From an uncultured Anaeroplasma sp. (GTDB lineage Bacteria; Bacillota_I; Bacilli_A; Acholeplasmatales; Anaeroplasmataceae), in the NCBI GenBank assembly GCA_945920825.1, contig CAMEKD010000001.1:1-53618 (forward strand): 53,618 nucleotides of DNA. Direction: 5' to 3'. Made by a program: the position numbers and the translations under genes. Below, piece after piece: positions 10,482 through 19,973 of the stretch; positions within the stretch are counted from its first letter, which is position 1; each line of letters opens with the position of its first letter. The notes below the pieces were generated by a model, which saw only the letters and a program-made list of their open reading frames with translations, was not told the origin of the DNA and did not search any database.

Positions 10482-11327
10482 TTACTTCCGATTCTTATAT
10501 TCTAAATAGTCCTTATATAGAGCTCTTCTATCCATATTAAAAAGCTTTGAGGCTTCTTTAATAGCTTCATTTGGCTTGTAGCCTAAATGAATCAATTCAT
10601 CAATTTTTTCAAATGGATTACCATCCATAGAATTGGATTCCTTATAGCCTTCTACAATAAGAACCATTTCTCCTTTTAATCCCTCAATTTTTAATACATC
10701 CTCTATTGTGCCATTAATATATTCCTCAAAGGTTTTGGTCAATTCTCTTGCAAGACAAATATTTCTATTACCAAAAACCTCTAGCATATCCTCTAATGTA
10801 TCCTTTATTCTATGAGGAGCCTCATAGAAAATAATCGTATGTGGGATATATTTTAATTCATTTAATTCAGACACTCTTTTTGTTTTTTTCGAATCTAAAA
10901 AGCCATAGAAGGTATATGGCATAGGAGCAAGACCAGAGGCAATTAAAGCACTAATTCCAGCGGAAGCACCGGGAATGGTTGAGATGGGAAGTCCTCTTTT
11001 TCTCGCTTCTGAAACAACCTTATAGCCAGGATCAGAAATGACAGGTAGGCCTGCATCAGAAATGAGTGCAATATTCATGCCATCTTCTACTTCCTTAACA
11101 ATAGATAAAGTCTTTTCGTCTTGGTTAAATTCATGATAGCTTTCAAGCTTAGTTTCTATATTATAATGCTTTAAAAGAACTATAGAATTTCTTGTATCCT
11201 CTGCATATATTTTATCTACGAGTTTTAGCGTTTCTACAGCACGAAAGGAAAAATCTGATAGATTTCCTATAGGTGTTGCGACAAGATATAGAATGCCTTT
11301 CTTATGATCAAAGCTTCTCGTTCTCAT
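10482..11327 (-). CDS. rsmI: 16S rRNA (cytidine1402-2'-O)-methyltransferase
   Basis: LYLVATPIGNL, AEDTR, SDAGLPVISDPG, FYEAPHR, RELTK. Confidence 0.95.
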   Translation of the reverse strand: MRTRSFDHKKGILYLVATPIGNLSDFSFRAVETLKLVDKIYAEDTRNSIVLLKHYNIETKLESYHEFNQDEKTLSIVKEVEDGMNIALISDAGLPVISDPGYKVVSEARKRGLPISTIPGASAGISALIASGLAPMPYTFYGFLDSKKTKRVSELNELKYIPHTIIFYEAPHRIKDTLEDMLEVFGNRNICLARELTKTFEEYINGTIEDVLKIEGLKGEMVLIVEGYKESNSMDGNPFEKIDELIHLGYKPNEAIKEASKLFNMDRRALYKDYLEYKNRK

Positions 11328-11743
11328 TAGTTTTTAATAATACGAATTGCCTTTTCTCTTAAATCACGCTCTGCGTAAACAATAGAGATTAATTCTCTTC
11401 TCTTTTCTGCACTAATTTCGAATACCTTTTGAATCTTTTCTAGGAATAATAATTCACTTGTATTATATAAATCATCTTCCATAGAAATGGTTACTAAATT
11501 TAAATATACAACATTCCGAACAACTTGATTTGCAGATTGGAAGAAATTAATTGTATTTTCAACTGTATCAGCTAAACGGAAGGAGAATTCATCCTTTACC
11601 GCATCAAGCTCTGCAATCATTTTTGTTAATACTCTTTTTTCTACATCTGTAGGCTCTCCATCGATATCTACCATGTAGATTGCTAAATCCAAGAATTTTA
11701 GCATTTCCTTCTTGTTTAATAAACTTAAAAACATAATACTCAC
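11327..11743 (-). CDS. TerB-like (tellurite resistance B fold) protein
   Basis: MFLSLLN, FLDLA, IDGEPTDVEK, DDLYNTSE and FEIS follow the TerB-like helical pattern. Confidence 0.55.
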   Translation of the reverse strand: MSIMFLSLLNKKEMLKFLDLAIYMVDIDGEPTDVEKRVLTKMIAELDAVKDEFSFRLADTVENTINFFQSANQVVRNVVYLNLVTISMEDDLYNTSELLFLEKIQKVFEISAEKRRELISIVYAERDLREKAIRIIKN

Positions 11744-12474
11744 TCCTTTGTAAAATTATATATTTTTAGAACCTCATCGGTCCAAGTATTATCACTTTTA
11801 TATACGTATAATGGTGCTTCTATCCTTAAGCCATCAGGACTTCCATCCTTGATTCCCTCAATCAATATATGATTGACCTCCATACCCATTTTAGGGTATA
11901 CGAGCCTAAGCCTTTTAGGCTCTATATGATATTTATGAAATAATGCAAAGATTTCAGGAAGTCTTTCTGGTCTATGTACTAGCGCAAGCCTACCTCTTGT
12001 ATTTAATAGGTTTGATGCTTCCCTTATGATATCCTCTAGGGTAGCTAATATTTCATGACGTGCAATAGCCTTACTATCGCTTGGATTGATTTGATGATTT
12101 CCAACCTTAAAGAAGGGTGGATTTACGGTTACACAATCAAATTTCGATTTTCCTATTTTATCTGAAATCCCAATTAAATTATCCTGTATAATTTCTATTT
12201 GATTCTCTAGATGATTTATTTTAACAGAATCTATGGCAAGCTTATAGGAATTTTCTTGTACCTCAACACCTATAATACTAGCCTTCGTTCTTAAGGATAA
12301 ATATAGGGGAATGGGTGCATTACCTGTACATAGATCACATATTCTTTTGCATCTAGCTGTAATCGATACAAAATCGGATAAAAGCATAGAATCTATAGAA
12401 AAATTGAAGGAATCGGTATCTTGATATATTTTTATAAGCTCTCTACCGAGTAACTCATTCAAGACCACTGGCAT
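11740..12474 (-). CDS. tRNA1(Val) (adenine37-N6)-methyltransferase (YabB-like)
   Basis: FSIDSMLL, DLCTGNA, NPPFF, IARHE, VHRPERL. Conserved position after ricT. Confidence 0.9.
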   Translation of the reverse strand: MPVVLNELLGRELIKIYQDTDSFNFSIDSMLLSDFVSITARCKRICDLCTGNAPIPLYLSLRTKASIIGVEVQENSYKLAIDSVKINHLENQIEIIQDNLIGISDKIGKSKFDCVTVNPPFFKVGNHQINPSDSKAIARHEILATLEDIIREASNLLNTRGRLALVHRPERLPEIFALFHKYHIEPKRLRLVYPKMGMEVNHILIEGIKDGSPDGLRIEAPLYVYKSDNTWTDEVLKIYNFTKE

Positions 12475-13318
12475 CAAAATCTTCCTCTATTTCTTTCTTT
12501 TTCTTCTTATCCTTAGATGGAGTAAACTTTACCTCATCAAGCTTAAAATAGCCGAATTTATTATCCTCTCCAATGTATTTTACCTTTAGATTCTTATTTA
12601 ATACATCGCAGGTTAATACCTTAGCCTCACCCTCAGGAGTAATGACGATATCTCCAATATCAGGAGCATCCTTTCTTAATTCTGTATAAAGCTCATTTTC
12701 GTAATTGATACAGCATAATAGCTTTCCACAATTACCACTGATCTTTACTGGGTTTAAGGATAAATTTTGGTTCTTAGCCATTTTTACAGAAACATTATCA
12801 AACTGGGTAATGAAGGTTTGGCAACAAACAATTAATCCACATGGACCAATTCCACCAAAAACCTTAGCGCCATCTCTGCTTCCTACCTGACGAAGCTCAA
12901 TTCTCGTATGGTAGATTTCAGCTAAGTCCTTAACTAATTCACGGAAATCCACTCTTCCTTCGCTTTCAAAATAGATAATAAGCTTCGCTTGATCTAGCGT
13001 ATATTCTGCTTCTAAAACCTTCATTTCAAGATTTTCCTTTTTAGAAAATTCCTTAGTTCTTAAAACGACATCTGGCTCTAGTTCTTTATTTCTTTTATAA
13101 TTTTTTAAATCCTCTTCTGTTGCAATTCTTACAACATCCTTTAGCTCTGGGATTTCCTCATTTGGATCTAACTCAAAGGGATCTCCTACACAGTAGCCCA
13201 TTTCAATACCACGTATGGTATTAACAACTACTGGAGTTTTATCCTTTAAATCTAAATTGGAAACGCCAAAGAAATATCTTTTACCAAGAGGCTTAAATTG
13301 TACCTTGGTTACTTTCAT
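12455..13318 (-). CDS. ricT: RicT/YaaT PSP1-domain regulatory Fe-S protein
   Basis: RVDFRELVKDLA, RIELRQVGSRD, GGIGPCG, KISGNCGKLLCC. Confidence 0.9.
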   Translation of the reverse strand: MKVTKVQFKPLGKRYFFGVSNLDLKDKTPVVVNTIRGIEMGYCVGDPFELDPNEEIPELKDVVRIATEEDLKNYKRNKELEPDVVLRTKEFSKKENLEMKVLEAEYTLDQAKLIIYFESEGRVDFRELVKDLAEIYHTRIELRQVGSRDGAKVFGGIGPCGLIVCCQTFITQFDNVSVKMAKNQNLSLNPVKISGNCGKLLCCINYENELYTELRKDAPDIGDIVITPEGEAKVLTCDVLNKNLKVKYIGEDNKFGYFKLDEVKFTPSKDKKKKKEIEEDFDASGLE

Positions 13319-13374
13319 ATAATCACCATAAACCTTTAATATCATTATATATTATTTTACTAAAATATTTCAAA

Positions 13375-14454
13375 TTAAATGAATTTTAATAATAGAGAAT
13401 GAAATATATTTTTTGGTAAAACATTGTAGCTTAGATTTTTAGATAGAAGCAAGCATTCCTCTAAAGTATCCTCTACCTTTTTTCCATGCTTCTTAGAATA
13501 TTCTATAATCTCTTCCTTAAGAGGAGATAAAGTAGGATTCTCATAATGGAATAGAACATCCTCTAAAAATGTAATCGTAAAGTTTAGCAATATATTCATT
13601 CTTGCTACTTCTTGGAATACATTGACATATTTTGTGAAAAACATAACTGCCATTTTTTCATTTTTGAGCTTAAGCATTTCTAAGAAGATTTCCTTTACTG
13701 CATGATAATCCTTAGATTGTTTTAGAAGCTTTTCAACCTCTAGTTTTAAATTTGCCTCTGTCTTATCATGATTAGATTCATTTAAAGAACTATAGGAATT
13801 ATCCTTCATCAGCTCTTCATTTAAATCCTTATCGATATTAAGTACTAAGCCTAAGGCCTCATCAATATCATTAGTAAGTATGGATGCAAGTCTTGCATCT
13901 ATACTAGATAGCCCCTCATCTTCTAATATTTTAATTTCCTTTTCCTTTGGAATGGATGGGAAATGCTCTAGGATACATCTCGATTGAATCGTATTCACTA
14001 CATTCGGTAATTCCTTCGCTAAAAAGATACCTACGGTAGGTGTTTGATTGATAGGCTCCTCAATGAACTTAAGTAAGCTATTTTGGGCAGAGCTTGTTGC
14101 AGTATCTATACCATCAATAATATAGATTCTTGTGCCCTCAACTAGGCTTGTTTTAGCAAATTCATCCTGCAAATTTGTAATTTGCTCCTTTGAGATTTTA
14201 CTTTTATTTTGTTCTATACCAATATAATCCACATTCATATGATTATTATCTAATATAGTTTTACATACAGGGCAGATTAAATCTCCTCCATTAGGGCAGT
14301 ACAAAAGACAGGCTAAGGCATATGCCATTTCCTTTTTACCCGTACCTTCCTCACCATAAAATAAATACGCATGGGACATACGGTTTTGGCTTTTGGCCAT
14401 TTTTAACATATTAAAGATACCCATTTGATTTTCTACTGCTCTTTTAACGTTCAT
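13375..14454 (-). CDS. holB: DNA polymerase III subunit delta'
   Basis: HAYLFYGEEGTGK, AQNSLLKFIEEP, TIQSRC. Lies between tmk and ricT. Confidence 0.9.
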   Translation of the reverse strand: MNVKRAVENQMGIFNMLKMAKSQNRMSHAYLFYGEEGTGKKEMAYALACLLYCPNGGDLICPVCKTILDNNHMNVDYIGIEQNKSKISKEQITNLQDEFAKTSLVEGTRIYIIDGIDTATSSAQNSLLKFIEEPINQTPTVGIFLAKELPNVVNTIQSRCILEHFPSIPKEKEIKILEDEGLSSIDARLASILTNDIDEALGLVLNIDKDLNEELMKDNSYSSLNESNHDKTEANLKLEVEKLLKQSKDYHAVKEIFLEMLKLKNEKMAVMFFTKYVNVFQEVARMNILLNFTITFLEDVLFHYENPTLSPLKEEIIEYSKKHGKKVEDTLEECLLLSKNLSYNVLPKNIFHSLLLKFI

Positions 14455-14455
14455 A

Positions 14456-15085
14456 TTACACCTTTAATTTTAGATATTCTAAAACTTTATTTATACAATC
14501 CTTTGTAACTTCCTCTAAGGACTGGTTTCCATCAATTCTTACAACTCTATCTGGATACATTTCCATTACCTTATGATAGCCATCATATACTCTTTTATGG
14601 AAATCCATCTCCTCTAAATCTAATCGGTCCTGCTTGTCTCTTCCCGATAATCTTTTAAGTGCAACATCTGGTGTTACATCAATAAAGATAGTTAAATCCG
14701 GTAATTTCTCTAAAGCAAAGCTATTGGCCTTTAATACATTATCCATTCCAATACCTCTAGCATAGCCCTGATAAGCAAGACTAGAATCTAAAAATCTATC
14801 ACATAAAACAATCTTTCCTTCATTTAGGGCTGGTATTACTCTTTCAGATAAATGCTGCATTCTTGCGGCAGCATAAAGTAAGGTTTCTGTTTCCGATGTC
14901 ATTTCCTTATTGTTAATATCTAAAATAATATTTCTAATTTGCTCTGCAATTTTAATTCCGCCGGGCTCTCTTGTTGAAATATACTCTATTCCTAATTCAT
15001 CAAATAAAGCCTTTATAGAATGAATTACTGTAGTCTTTCCACTACATTCTCCACCCTCAAAGGTAATAAAATTCTTAAGATTCAT
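14456..15085 (-). CDS. tmk: Thymidylate kinase
   Basis: FITFEGGECSGKTT, TREPGG, DRFLDSSLAYQG. Confidence 0.95.
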   Translation of the reverse strand: MNLKNFITFEGGECSGKTTVIHSIKALFDELGIEYISTREPGGIKIAEQIRNIILDINNKEMTSETETLLYAAARMQHLSERVIPALNEGKIVLCDRFLDSSLAYQGYARGIGMDNVLKANSFALEKLPDLTIFIDVTPDVALKRLSGRDKQDRLDLEEMDFHKRVYDGYHKVMEMYPDRVVRIDGNQSLEEVTKDCINKVLEYLKLKV

Positions 15086-15197
15086 AATATCACTCCATAT
15101 CAGGTTTTATTATACAATAAAAGTTATTAAATTGAAAGAAAACAGTACTATTTGGTATCCATAAATTATTTGGTTACAAGGTTAAGAACGAAAAATG

Positions 15198-15222
15198 AAA
15201 AAGCTCTATCTTGCGATAGAGC
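15198..15222 (-). terminator. Intrinsic terminator of the pullulanase gene
   Basis: GCTCTATC-ttgc-GATAGAGC stem followed by a U-run on the minus strand. Confidence 0.7.
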
Positions 15223-15242
15223 CTAATCGGGTTCATTAAATT

Positions 15243-18200
15243 TTATGCGCCTCTCTTACGTAGTAAGAAATAGTATACACAGAAGCCTGCAACAGCTAAT
15301 AATGTAATAGAACCAATAATGATTGCAACGATTGCGCCAGCAGGTAATCCACCCTGAGGTGCTGCCTCAAGGAATAATGCGTAAGTGCTGAAGTGGTTTG
15401 TAGTGAATGTAATCTTACCATTTTCATATGTAGCATTTACATCTACCTTTGCACCATTTTCATTAATGTAGTATACCTTAACATTCTGTCCTTCTGGTAC
15501 ATCGTATCTGAAGGATACCTTTGCCTCACCTGTAGAGAACGTAGCACCATCAAGTTCTAAATCTATAACGTAGGATGCACCATCAACCTTTGGAGTAGTC
15601 TTATTTACATAAAGCTTAACATCCTTACCAGCAATTTCGGCTACTGCCTTGTCGCTGAATTCAATCTTAACCTGACCAACAAAGAATGTTGCAGATGAAT
15701 TCTTTTCATTAGCCTTATTGAATGTATCTGTAACTACTGCACCAGCCTTAGCCTCTTCCGTTGAAACATCTGCCTGTGATAAATCAGCCTCGCGGTATGC
15801 AACAATAGTTTGATAATTCTGTAGCTGATAGTTATCCGATAATTCAACGCCAGTGTTTAAAGTATCAAGATATAAGGAATAACCGCTTAAATCAGCAACA
15901 TGATCCTTAGCATCACCTAAGCCATTTACATGGATTACATAGTATTCCATAAGCTTTCCATTTTCCGTACATCTAATCTTATAAGTAATCATAGATGTAT
16001 CTTCAGAAATGAATAGCTTATCCTTGATATCTTTACAAGCTTCAACAGTTGTTTGACCAAATAAGCCTTCCTTTTGCTTTAAAGCAATTAGCTTCTGATA
16101 GTTTTCAAACATATCATAGTTTGTAATCTTTAAAGCGTAATCTAATTCATTTACCTTATAGGATGATTGATATGAGTTCTTATCTCCACCCTTAGTTCTT
16201 AAGAATTCTTCACCAGCTAGCATGAAGGAGATACCCTGAGATGTAAATACTACAGAATTTGCAAGCATTGCCATCTTCTTAGCTAATTCCTTATCTGTAA
16301 TACCAGCCGCAGCAATACGGTCAACTAAAGTGTAATTATCATGGCAAGTTACATAGGTTAATGTCTGCCATGGCTTATTGCATTGTGGTGACTCCTTGAT
16401 GAAGCCTGCAATACCACTTGCAAGCTCCTTAAGCTCATTTGCGTTTAATACAGAGGATTGTTTCTGGAAATAAATCTTACCAGCTACATAACCATCTTCC
16501 TTAGTAACTCTAATGTATTCACCATTCTTCTTAATATAGATTTCTAATCTATCTACTGCCCTTTCAAAGGTATTTTGATCCTTAATTACAGTACACTGAG
16601 AATAAGAAACACCACCAGTTACCCAGCCCTTTGCGCTATCACCAGATAAACCGCCCTTAATTAAGGCATCTCTAATTCTATCATTGAAGCATCCATATTC
16701 TGTATACTTTAAGATATTGGACTGGTATGCAAGTAAGCTTTGATCATAAGCAGGTGTACCACCAGCCCAAGGCTCGCCATATACAACTACATATTCACTT
16801 ACATTCTCATGTAGGTTCTCGCTTAGCTTATTCATTGTTTCGATATCATGTAAGCCCATTAAGTCGAAACGGAATCCACCAAGCTTGTATTCCTTAGCCC
16901 AGAATTCAGTAGAATCAATCATGAATTTACGGAACATTGGCATATTCGATGCAGTTTCATTACCACAGCCAGAACCGTTAGATAGCATACCTGTAGAATT
17001 ATATCTGAAATAATAGTAAGGCATTAATACATCAAAATTAGAGCCTTCTGCAGACATCATGTGGTTATATACAACGTCCATGATAATATTGATACCTGCA
17101 GATGTATAACTCTTAACTAAAGTTTTGAATTCGCGAATCTTCTCATATCCATCATATGGATTTGTAGAATAAGAACCATCTAATGCATTGTAGTTTAATG
17201 GATTGTAGCCCCAGTTAAATGTACGATTAACTTCATCATTATCAGAATCAAAAATAGGAATGAGCTGAACCGCATTAACACCAAGCTCCTTAATGTGATC
17301 GAAGCCTGTCTTAACGGTCTTACCATCAGCAGTGTAAGTTGTTCCCTCTTGATAGAATCCCTTATATGTCTTTGCATAGGCAGGATTTCCACCCCATGTA
17401 GATGAAGATGTTAAATCAGCAATGTGCGTTTCATATACAGTAAGGTTTGTTGGTTCATATTCATTAACCTTAAATGAATCCCAACCAACCTCTTGGTTGA
17501 TTTTATCAAAGTTAACAACCATACCTCTTCTACCGTTAACGCCAGTAGACTTTGCATATGGGTCAACAATTTCTCTATCTGTATACTTATAGTTTGTAAC
17601 TACATAAGTATAGTACTTACCATCTAAATCGCCAGGTACTGTAGCCTCCCAAGTACCCTTTTCTCCACGTTCCATATCGTATTCTGTATATGCATCATTA
17701 CCCTTTTCTTGATCGACAGCAACAGGAGTACCATTATCATATACTCTAAGCTTCATAGAAGTAGATAATGGAGTCCATACACGGAATGTAGTAGATGTTT
17801 CTGAATAAATTGCACCTAACTCACCATCATATGTATAGTTTTCAACGAATGCATCTGTATTATATAAAGATGCCATATTTGCATTCTGTGTTAATGTCTT
17901 CTCATCAGGGAAGTCAACAGTAAGAGTAATAAGATCCTCAAAGCTTGGCATTGCTGTACCTAGCTTATAGGTTGCCTTCTTTAAAATATTATCTACAGAT
18001 GAAACTAAATTTTCATCAGTTAGTGCAGTTGTTGAATCAACAACATCAGCACCATTTCTTGTGATTTTCCAAGTTGTACACTTAGTAGTCAATAAGAATG
18101 ATAAGTAATATACACCGTCAACGAAATCAACGGAGAAATTAGAAATACCATCTGAAATAGCTAAATCACCTGAAGTATAAATGTTAACATCTCCTCCAAC

Positions 18201-18599
18201 TAAATATACGTGATAATATCCTTCAGCATCTAAGTTAAGAACAGCAAAATCTGCATAACGGTCATTTCCGCCAGCGTCCTTGAAATCCCAAGAGCCCTGC
18301 TTCTTAACAATAAATCCAACTGAAGAAACACCCTTAAGGTCCATATCGATTTTTACGAATCTACCGTAGCTATCGGTTTCACTTAAGATGTATTCCTTTC
18401 CATCTCCACCTTTTGGCCAAACCCATAAAGCGTTATATACGGAATAATCCTCATCCGCTCTAGTGTAGTGGAAGACTACACCCTGAGGTTCTTCTCCTTC
18501 GGCATAGACACTCATGAAGCTTCCTCCACTAAGTCCAATTCCTAGGAAAGCCAAAAATGCTAAGACAGACAAGCAAAAAATAGAAAATAATTTTTTCAT
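15243..18599 (-). CDS. pulA: Membrane-anchored type I pullulanase (signal peptide, CBM41-like, CBM48, GH13, C-terminal TM anchor)
   Basis: FNWGYNP, MDVVYNH, GFRFDLMG, YGEPW, YVTCHDN. N-terminal signal sequence and C-terminal TM helix followed by RKR. Confidence 0.9.
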   Translation of the reverse strand: MKKLFSIFCLSVLAFLAFLGIGLSGGSFMSVYAEGEEPQGVVFHYTRADEDYSVYNALWVWPKGGDGKEYILSETDSYGRFVKIDMDLKGVSSVGFIVKKQGSWDFKDAGGNDRYADFAVLNLDAEGYYHVYLVGGDVNIYTSGDLAISDGISNFSVDFVDGVYYLSFLLTTKCTTWKITRNGADVVDSTTALTDENLVSSVDNILKKATYKLGTAMPSFEDLITLTVDFPDEKTLTQNANMASLYNTDAFVENYTYDGELGAIYSETSTTFRVWTPLSTSMKLRVYDNGTPVAVDQEKGNDAYTEYDMERGEKGTWEATVPGDLDGKYYTYVVTNYKYTDREIVDPYAKSTGVNGRRGMVVNFDKINQEVGWDSFKVNEYEPTNLTVYETHIADLTSSSTWGGNPAYAKTYKGFYQEGTTYTADGKTVKTGFDHIKELGVNAVQLIPIFDSDNDEVNRTFNWGYNPLNYNALDGSYSTNPYDGYEKIREFKTLVKSYTSAGINIIMDVVYNHMMSAEGSNFDVLMPYYYFRYNSTGMLSNGSGCGNETASNMPMFRKFMIDSTEFWAKEYKLGGFRFDLMGLHDIETMNKLSENLHENVSEYVVVYGEPWAGGTPAYDQSLLAYQSNILKYTEYGCFNDRIRDALIKGGLSGDSAKGWVTGGVSYSQCTVIKDQNTFERAVDRLEIYIKKNGEYIRVTKEDGYVAGKIYFQKQSSVLNANELKELASGIAGFIKESPQCNKPWQTLTYVTCHDNYTLVDRIAAAGITDKELAKKMAMLANSVVFTSQGISFMLAGEEFLRTKGGDKNSYQSSYKVNELDYALKITNYDMFENYQKLIALKQKEGLFGQTTVEACKDIKDKLFISEDTSMITYKIRCTENGKLMEYYVIHVNGLGDAKDHVADLSGYSLYLDTLNTGVELSDNYQLQNYQTIVAYREADLSQADVSTEEAKAGAVVTDTFNKANEKNSSATFFVGQVKIEFSDKAVAEIAGKDVKLYVNKTTPKVDGASYVIDLELDGATFSTGEAKVSFRYDVPEGQNVKVYYINENGAKVDVNATYENGKITFTTNHFSTYALFLEAAPQGGLPAGAIVAIIIGSITLLAVAGFCVYYFLLRKRGA

Positions 18600-18617
18600 A
18601 TGTCCTCCTTTTTATGT

Positions 18618-18651
18618 ATCGGTTTTTCCGATTTGTGCAAGCGTTTTTGCA
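18618..18651. promoter_or_regulatory. Candidate LacI-family (MalR/CcpA-like) operator upstream of pulA
   Basis: TGCAAGCGTTTTTGCA quasi-palindrome with central CG, plus an ATCGG-N5-CCGAT inverted repeat, just upstream of the RBS. Confidence 0.4.
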
Positions 18652-18689
18652 TATTTAAATTATAACATACATTTTATAGCTAAATAAAG

Positions 18690-18728
18690 AAAAAAAAACG
18701 ATATCTAAAAAATAGTATCGTTTTTTTG
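18690..18728 (-). terminator. Probable terminator of hom
   Basis: A-run-CGATA...TATCG-T-run hairpin. Confidence 0.5.
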
Positions 18729-18746
18729 AAAAAAGTATAGTTTTGC

Positions 18747-19838
18747 CTATGAAATTACTCTTGCATAGAAGCTTGCAGCTAATAATTCTTCATCGCTTAC
18801 TTCTTCTTTAATTACATAAGATCCGTCACTGGCAAAAATGAAATATTTGAATGGATTTCTCTTGTTTTGATTTACCTTTAAATCATTTTGATTTTTATAG
18901 TCGATATAAGCTCTATTCTCTAAAATAGATACTAAATCAGCTACGATTGCTGTGGCGGTAGGAATAGATCCTGCGCCCTTACCATAAAACATTAAATCAC
19001 CATTCGTAGAGCCTGTGAATAATACGGCATTAAATTCATTTTTAACAGCTGCAAATGGGTGGTTTAGTGAAACCATAGTAGGTTCTACTCGAATGAATGC
19101 CTCATTCTCTTCGTTTTTCGATGAGGATGCAACAAATTTTAATGCATAGCCTTCCTTTTTGATACTATCTAGGATGTCCTTATTTACTCCTGTAATACCA
19201 TAATGATAAATATCCTCATTTTTAATATTACCCTTAAATGCCAAAGAAGAAATAATATTAATCTTTCTTACAATATCTAAGCCCTCTAAATCCGCAGTAG
19301 GATTAGCCTCTGCAAAGCCATTTTTCTTTGCTAGGAATAGTGCATCATCAAAGGATAGGTTATCCTCATCCATACGAGTTAAAATATAATTTGTTGTTCC
19401 ATTTAATATTGCAAAAATATCATTAACCTCATTAACCTTTAAATTATCGATTAAGGGTCTAAGAACTGGAATTCCTCCACCTGCAGATGCCTCAAAACAA
19501 AAATAGCAATGATTCTCATGTGCTAAATTAATGAATTCCTCAAGGTGGTTGGATACAACCTCCTTATTTGCAGTAATTACACTTTTCCCCTTTTTTAAGC
19601 TGCGTGTAATGACTTCATATGGAACATCATGTCCTCCTAGTACCTCAATAACACATTGAATTTCATCATCATGGATAATATCTTCTATATTTGTAACTAG
19701 CTTTTCCTTAAGTTGTTCTTTTTTTATTGGTAAATCAAATACCTTTTTAATGGTAACATCATAGGATTTTTCTAATCCTTCTACTAGGGTATATACACCT
19801 CTACCTATAGTACCATATCCAAATAAACCTAATTTCAT
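18747..19838 (-). CDS. hom: Homoserine dehydrogenase (no obvious ACT domain)
   Basis: GYGTIG, VITANK, FEASAGGGIP, ILNGTTNYIL, GKGAG..PTATAIVAD. Confidence 0.92.
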   Translation of the reverse strand: MKLGLFGYGTIGRGVYTLVEGLEKSYDVTIKKVFDLPIKKEQLKEKLVTNIEDIIHDDEIQCVIEVLGGHDVPYEVITRSLKKGKSVITANKEVVSNHLEEFINLAHENHCYFCFEASAGGGIPVLRPLIDNLKVNEVNDIFAILNGTTNYILTRMDEDNLSFDDALFLAKKNGFAEANPTADLEGLDIVRKINIISSLAFKGNIKNEDIYHYGITGVNKDILDSIKKEGYALKFVASSSKNEENEAFIRVEPTMVSLNHPFAAVKNEFNAVLFTGSTNGDLMFYGKGAGSIPTATAIVADLVSILENRAYIDYKNQNDLKVNQNKRNPFKYFIFASDGSYVIKEEVSDEELLAASFYARVIS

Positions 19839-19935
19839 TTCAAAACACCTCTTTTTTAACTTGCTTTAAGTATATCTTTTTTTTATAGTCTTTTCAATAT
19901 GAAATCCTTTACACAAAAACAAATGTATTTACATG

Positions 19936-19966
19936 AAAAACAGATATGGTGTTTGTCCATATCTGT
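19936..19966 (-). terminator. Terminator of the ABC exporter operon
   Basis: ACAGATATGG...CCATATCTGT stem with a U-run on the minus strand. Confidence 0.7.
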
Positions 19967-19973
19967 AGTCCAA

